From the NCBI GenBank assembly GCA_032718475.1, contig JAUCBJ010005384.1:1-64000 (forward strand): a DNA stretch of 64,000 bases, given 5' to 3'. This DNA comes from Nemertoderma westbladi. Taxonomy: Eukaryota > Animalia > Xenacoelomorpha. Shown here piece by piece: positions 61,101-64,000 of the stretch; the first letter of the stretch is position 1, and the number at the start of each line of letters is the position of its first letter. Under the pieces are notes generated by a model. The model saw nothing but the letters and a program-made list of their open reading frames with translations. It was not told the DNA's origin and ran no database searches. Position numbers and translations under genes: made by a program.

Positions 61101-64000
61101 GACTGCTGCTGTATTCTTATCTTAGAAACCCATTTACTTTGAAACAACCGCTATCTGCGAAATTTACAATTAATAACACAATAACTACAGTATTTAAGTG
61201 GTGGCAAAAAGTAGGCTTTTTTGACGAGCGTAGCGAGACAAATAAAAAAGCAAGACAAAAAACGTTTTTCCACCATAGCTATCGATAGCTATAGCTATCA
61301 TACAGCTATCACGATAGCTATCATGTGTTCTATAAAACTTATAAAAAATTAGCAAAAACTAGCTAGTATTAGAAATTATCCATTTAATATATTATCTACA
61401 TATTTAAATGTAAATACAAATTTAAATCTACTTATTTAAATTAATATCATGGAAACATTACTTTTTGTGCTGACATAAAAAGTCTTTTTATGTCAACTTG
61501 TTAACGACTATTTACTAAAAAAGTGACTTACAACAAATAAATATAATAATGTACTTACCATATATATAATACCGGTATGAATTGTATGATTATTAACTAC
61601 GTTTTTATTACATTTAAGGAATCGTATAATGACACTCGTGATCACACGCCAGAAACTATCCGCAAACACCCATCGGCTTTCGCTGAAATCGCGAGAATTA
61701 TTTGGTACAACAACATGGGAGAAATAATTAATTGATGATGATATTAAAACGCAGCAAATCTCTTGGATGACGGACAAAACATCTGTTACACCAACCAAAT
61801 AAAGTACTTATGTTCCCTGCTGCTAGTCTGCAATATAAAATGCGAAGCAATTGATTTGACACGTGTAGGCCTACGTGTTTCAAAAATGCAATAAAATAAA
61901 ACGTTCCTATAATAACTAATATTGGTTTTACTTAATAACATTTTTCGAGATTTTATTACACGAGTCTGGCAGAACAATCACTGTGTCAAGACCACATTAT
62001 CCGCTGGAGCTCTGCAAACCGATTTTAAATAATTTATTCTTAATGGTTACATTTGTTATCCTCGCATACAGTAGCTGCCAAGAACGTACAGCCTATAGGT
62101 CGGAACGCTGCATAATAATAAATATCTTAGAAACAATCGAGTTCTGGAACTTTTTTTGTGTATTCCCTATTCGCTGTGGCCAAGGTGTCCTAAACTATAG
62201 GCCGGCCATGCAACCGGAATTTACTCGATAACTTACTATGAGGGTCAAAATTACATAGTAAATATAGTGGAAATTTCATGTTATTGTAATTGTGAAAATC
62301 AATAATTTTTTTTATAAAAAATATAATAAATTTTTCCATTTTCATTTTTGTTCCACCAAAGAATGTCAGCAACTTAATTACACTTATGATTTTCTAAAAT
62401 GTTCACTGTAGTCCGGCAGATATATGCGGTTTTTTCACTGAATTTTTTGCATCGGCGTATATAGTAAATGTTTTGGGTGATTTTGGTAAGAAATTTTATT
62501 GTGATCAATATTCCGACTGATGCCTAGGTTGTATCATTGAGGAATTTGTGTAATTATCAATTTAAATAATTGTCACCAGGAACGGTTAAGATAATTCATC
62601 CTGTTCATTCAACATGATTCAATTACAATTAAACTTTACAACACCGGAATCACCATCTTATGGTAAACTTTTATGACAATTTTCATTTCAGTCGCGTCAA
62701 ATATTTATGTAAATTTAGTTTCTCTATTTTTTTTGGCTGAAAGTTGAAATTAATACATCTATTTTAATTTTGGAAAGGTTTTTTTAAATATATTAACCTA
62801 TAGCCATGAATTTAGGATTGATGCAATGGTATTTTATTAAATTATTTTTTTAAATAAATTTAAGTAACAAATCTTGATTATCGTTACGATAGAGAAGGCC
62901 TACATTTTAGAATTTGAAACCGGGGCTGTTCCCATTGGAACAATAGTGAGTAAAAAACGTTCTGGAACACACCCCTGTAGGTCCGAAAATCGTATTGCTT
63001 TTGCAAATAAAGTCATGACCCGGTGTAGAATTTTGTAACTTTTAGTACGGGCTCTGGCGGCGTTAAGCGCAATACCTTCAGTAAATTAACGAGACTATTA
63101 TTTTTGGATGGAGGACCATGTTAGACGTCAGAACACAGTTGGTGATCGGTATAGCTAATTTGCATTCTAGAACTACAGGCCAAAAACAAGCTAGCTAGCC
63201 GACCCCTACCTAACTCTATGTTGGGCCCTCTGGTTGAATATAAATGCAATCAATTTTTTCAAATGAACATTTTTCTTATAGAGGGAAGACCGGCGATTAA
63301 TTTAAATACAAATATATCGCCACTTTAATTTTTTAAATGCGATAAATTTACATGAGAACAAAATACTTTCACTTTTTTAAGAAACCAACATTTACATTAA
63401 CTGCCATAAAATGTAGCTACTTTGGTTTAACACGTTCAAACATGTATCAAAATTTGCGCTAATTATTTCTGCATTCACCCATGCAACTCATTTTGGATGA
63501 GTACTAAATCCTCCTAGTCAATTAGCCCGATTATTATCGGGGAAACGATAATCAGAGAATATTCAGAGAAAGTATACTCTCTGACATTTGGAAATATTTA
63601 CTACAGTTACTAAGGTAACTAACTATTCTGTGAACGGCACTCCCTTACTGTACATGTATTACCTTGCGTTGTGTAGTTTCTAGGCGACTGACTGTATACA
63701 CTAAACACGCAGGCACAATCAAGTCGTTTTAAAGCAGCCCCCTGTGTTTTTTTTAATAAGAGTTAGTAGTTTACAGTATGTACCGCCGATGTTCTTAAAA
63801 ATTTAGCAATCTAAAAATAGAGTATTGTGTAATGACCATATTTATATATTTAATAGCATTTTTCTTCACCTAGGGGACTTTCACTTTATGAGGGAATGTT
63901 TCGGAATTTTAGGAAAATTAATATCAGGCTCTGGGTTTGAAGACATCATATATCAGTCAGGGATTTGTACAGATGGGGCGATAAGTAGCATTATATCAAC

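Overview
This is eukaryotic (invertebrate animal) genomic DNA, not prokaryotic. I found no operons, CRISPR arrays, rRNA or intact tRNA genes. Most of the window is nested transposable elements, many with boundaries readable to the base from TIRs, LTRs and target-site duplications (TSDs). DNA transposons: a MULE with a nearly intact transposase, a P-element derivative, a Harbinger, a Tc1 relic, a hAT and several MITEs. Retroelements: a full-length Gypsy with a -1 frameshift signal, a recent BEL/Pao element encoding only Gag-protease, solo LTRs, CRE-, RTE- and L2/CR1-group LINEs, and tRNA-derived SINEs. Two host genes are visible: an intronless SLC18B1-like MFS transporter split by the P-element, and a three-exon (3'-incomplete) DXD/GT32 glycosyltransferase. 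The most unusual items are (1) a ~150-bp inverted-repeat-bounded unit joining a tRNA-like Pol III head to a type-I hammerhead ribozyme motif, (2) the pol-less BEL element with a hydrophobic C-terminal tail and an array of conserved stem-loops, (3) an unknown ~1000-codon zinc-knuckle gene apparently in the env position of an LTR element, and (4) a ~3-kb 30-bp minisatellite in frame inside the RT domain of a CRE LINE. Family assignments come from motif recognition by eye; no database searches were run.
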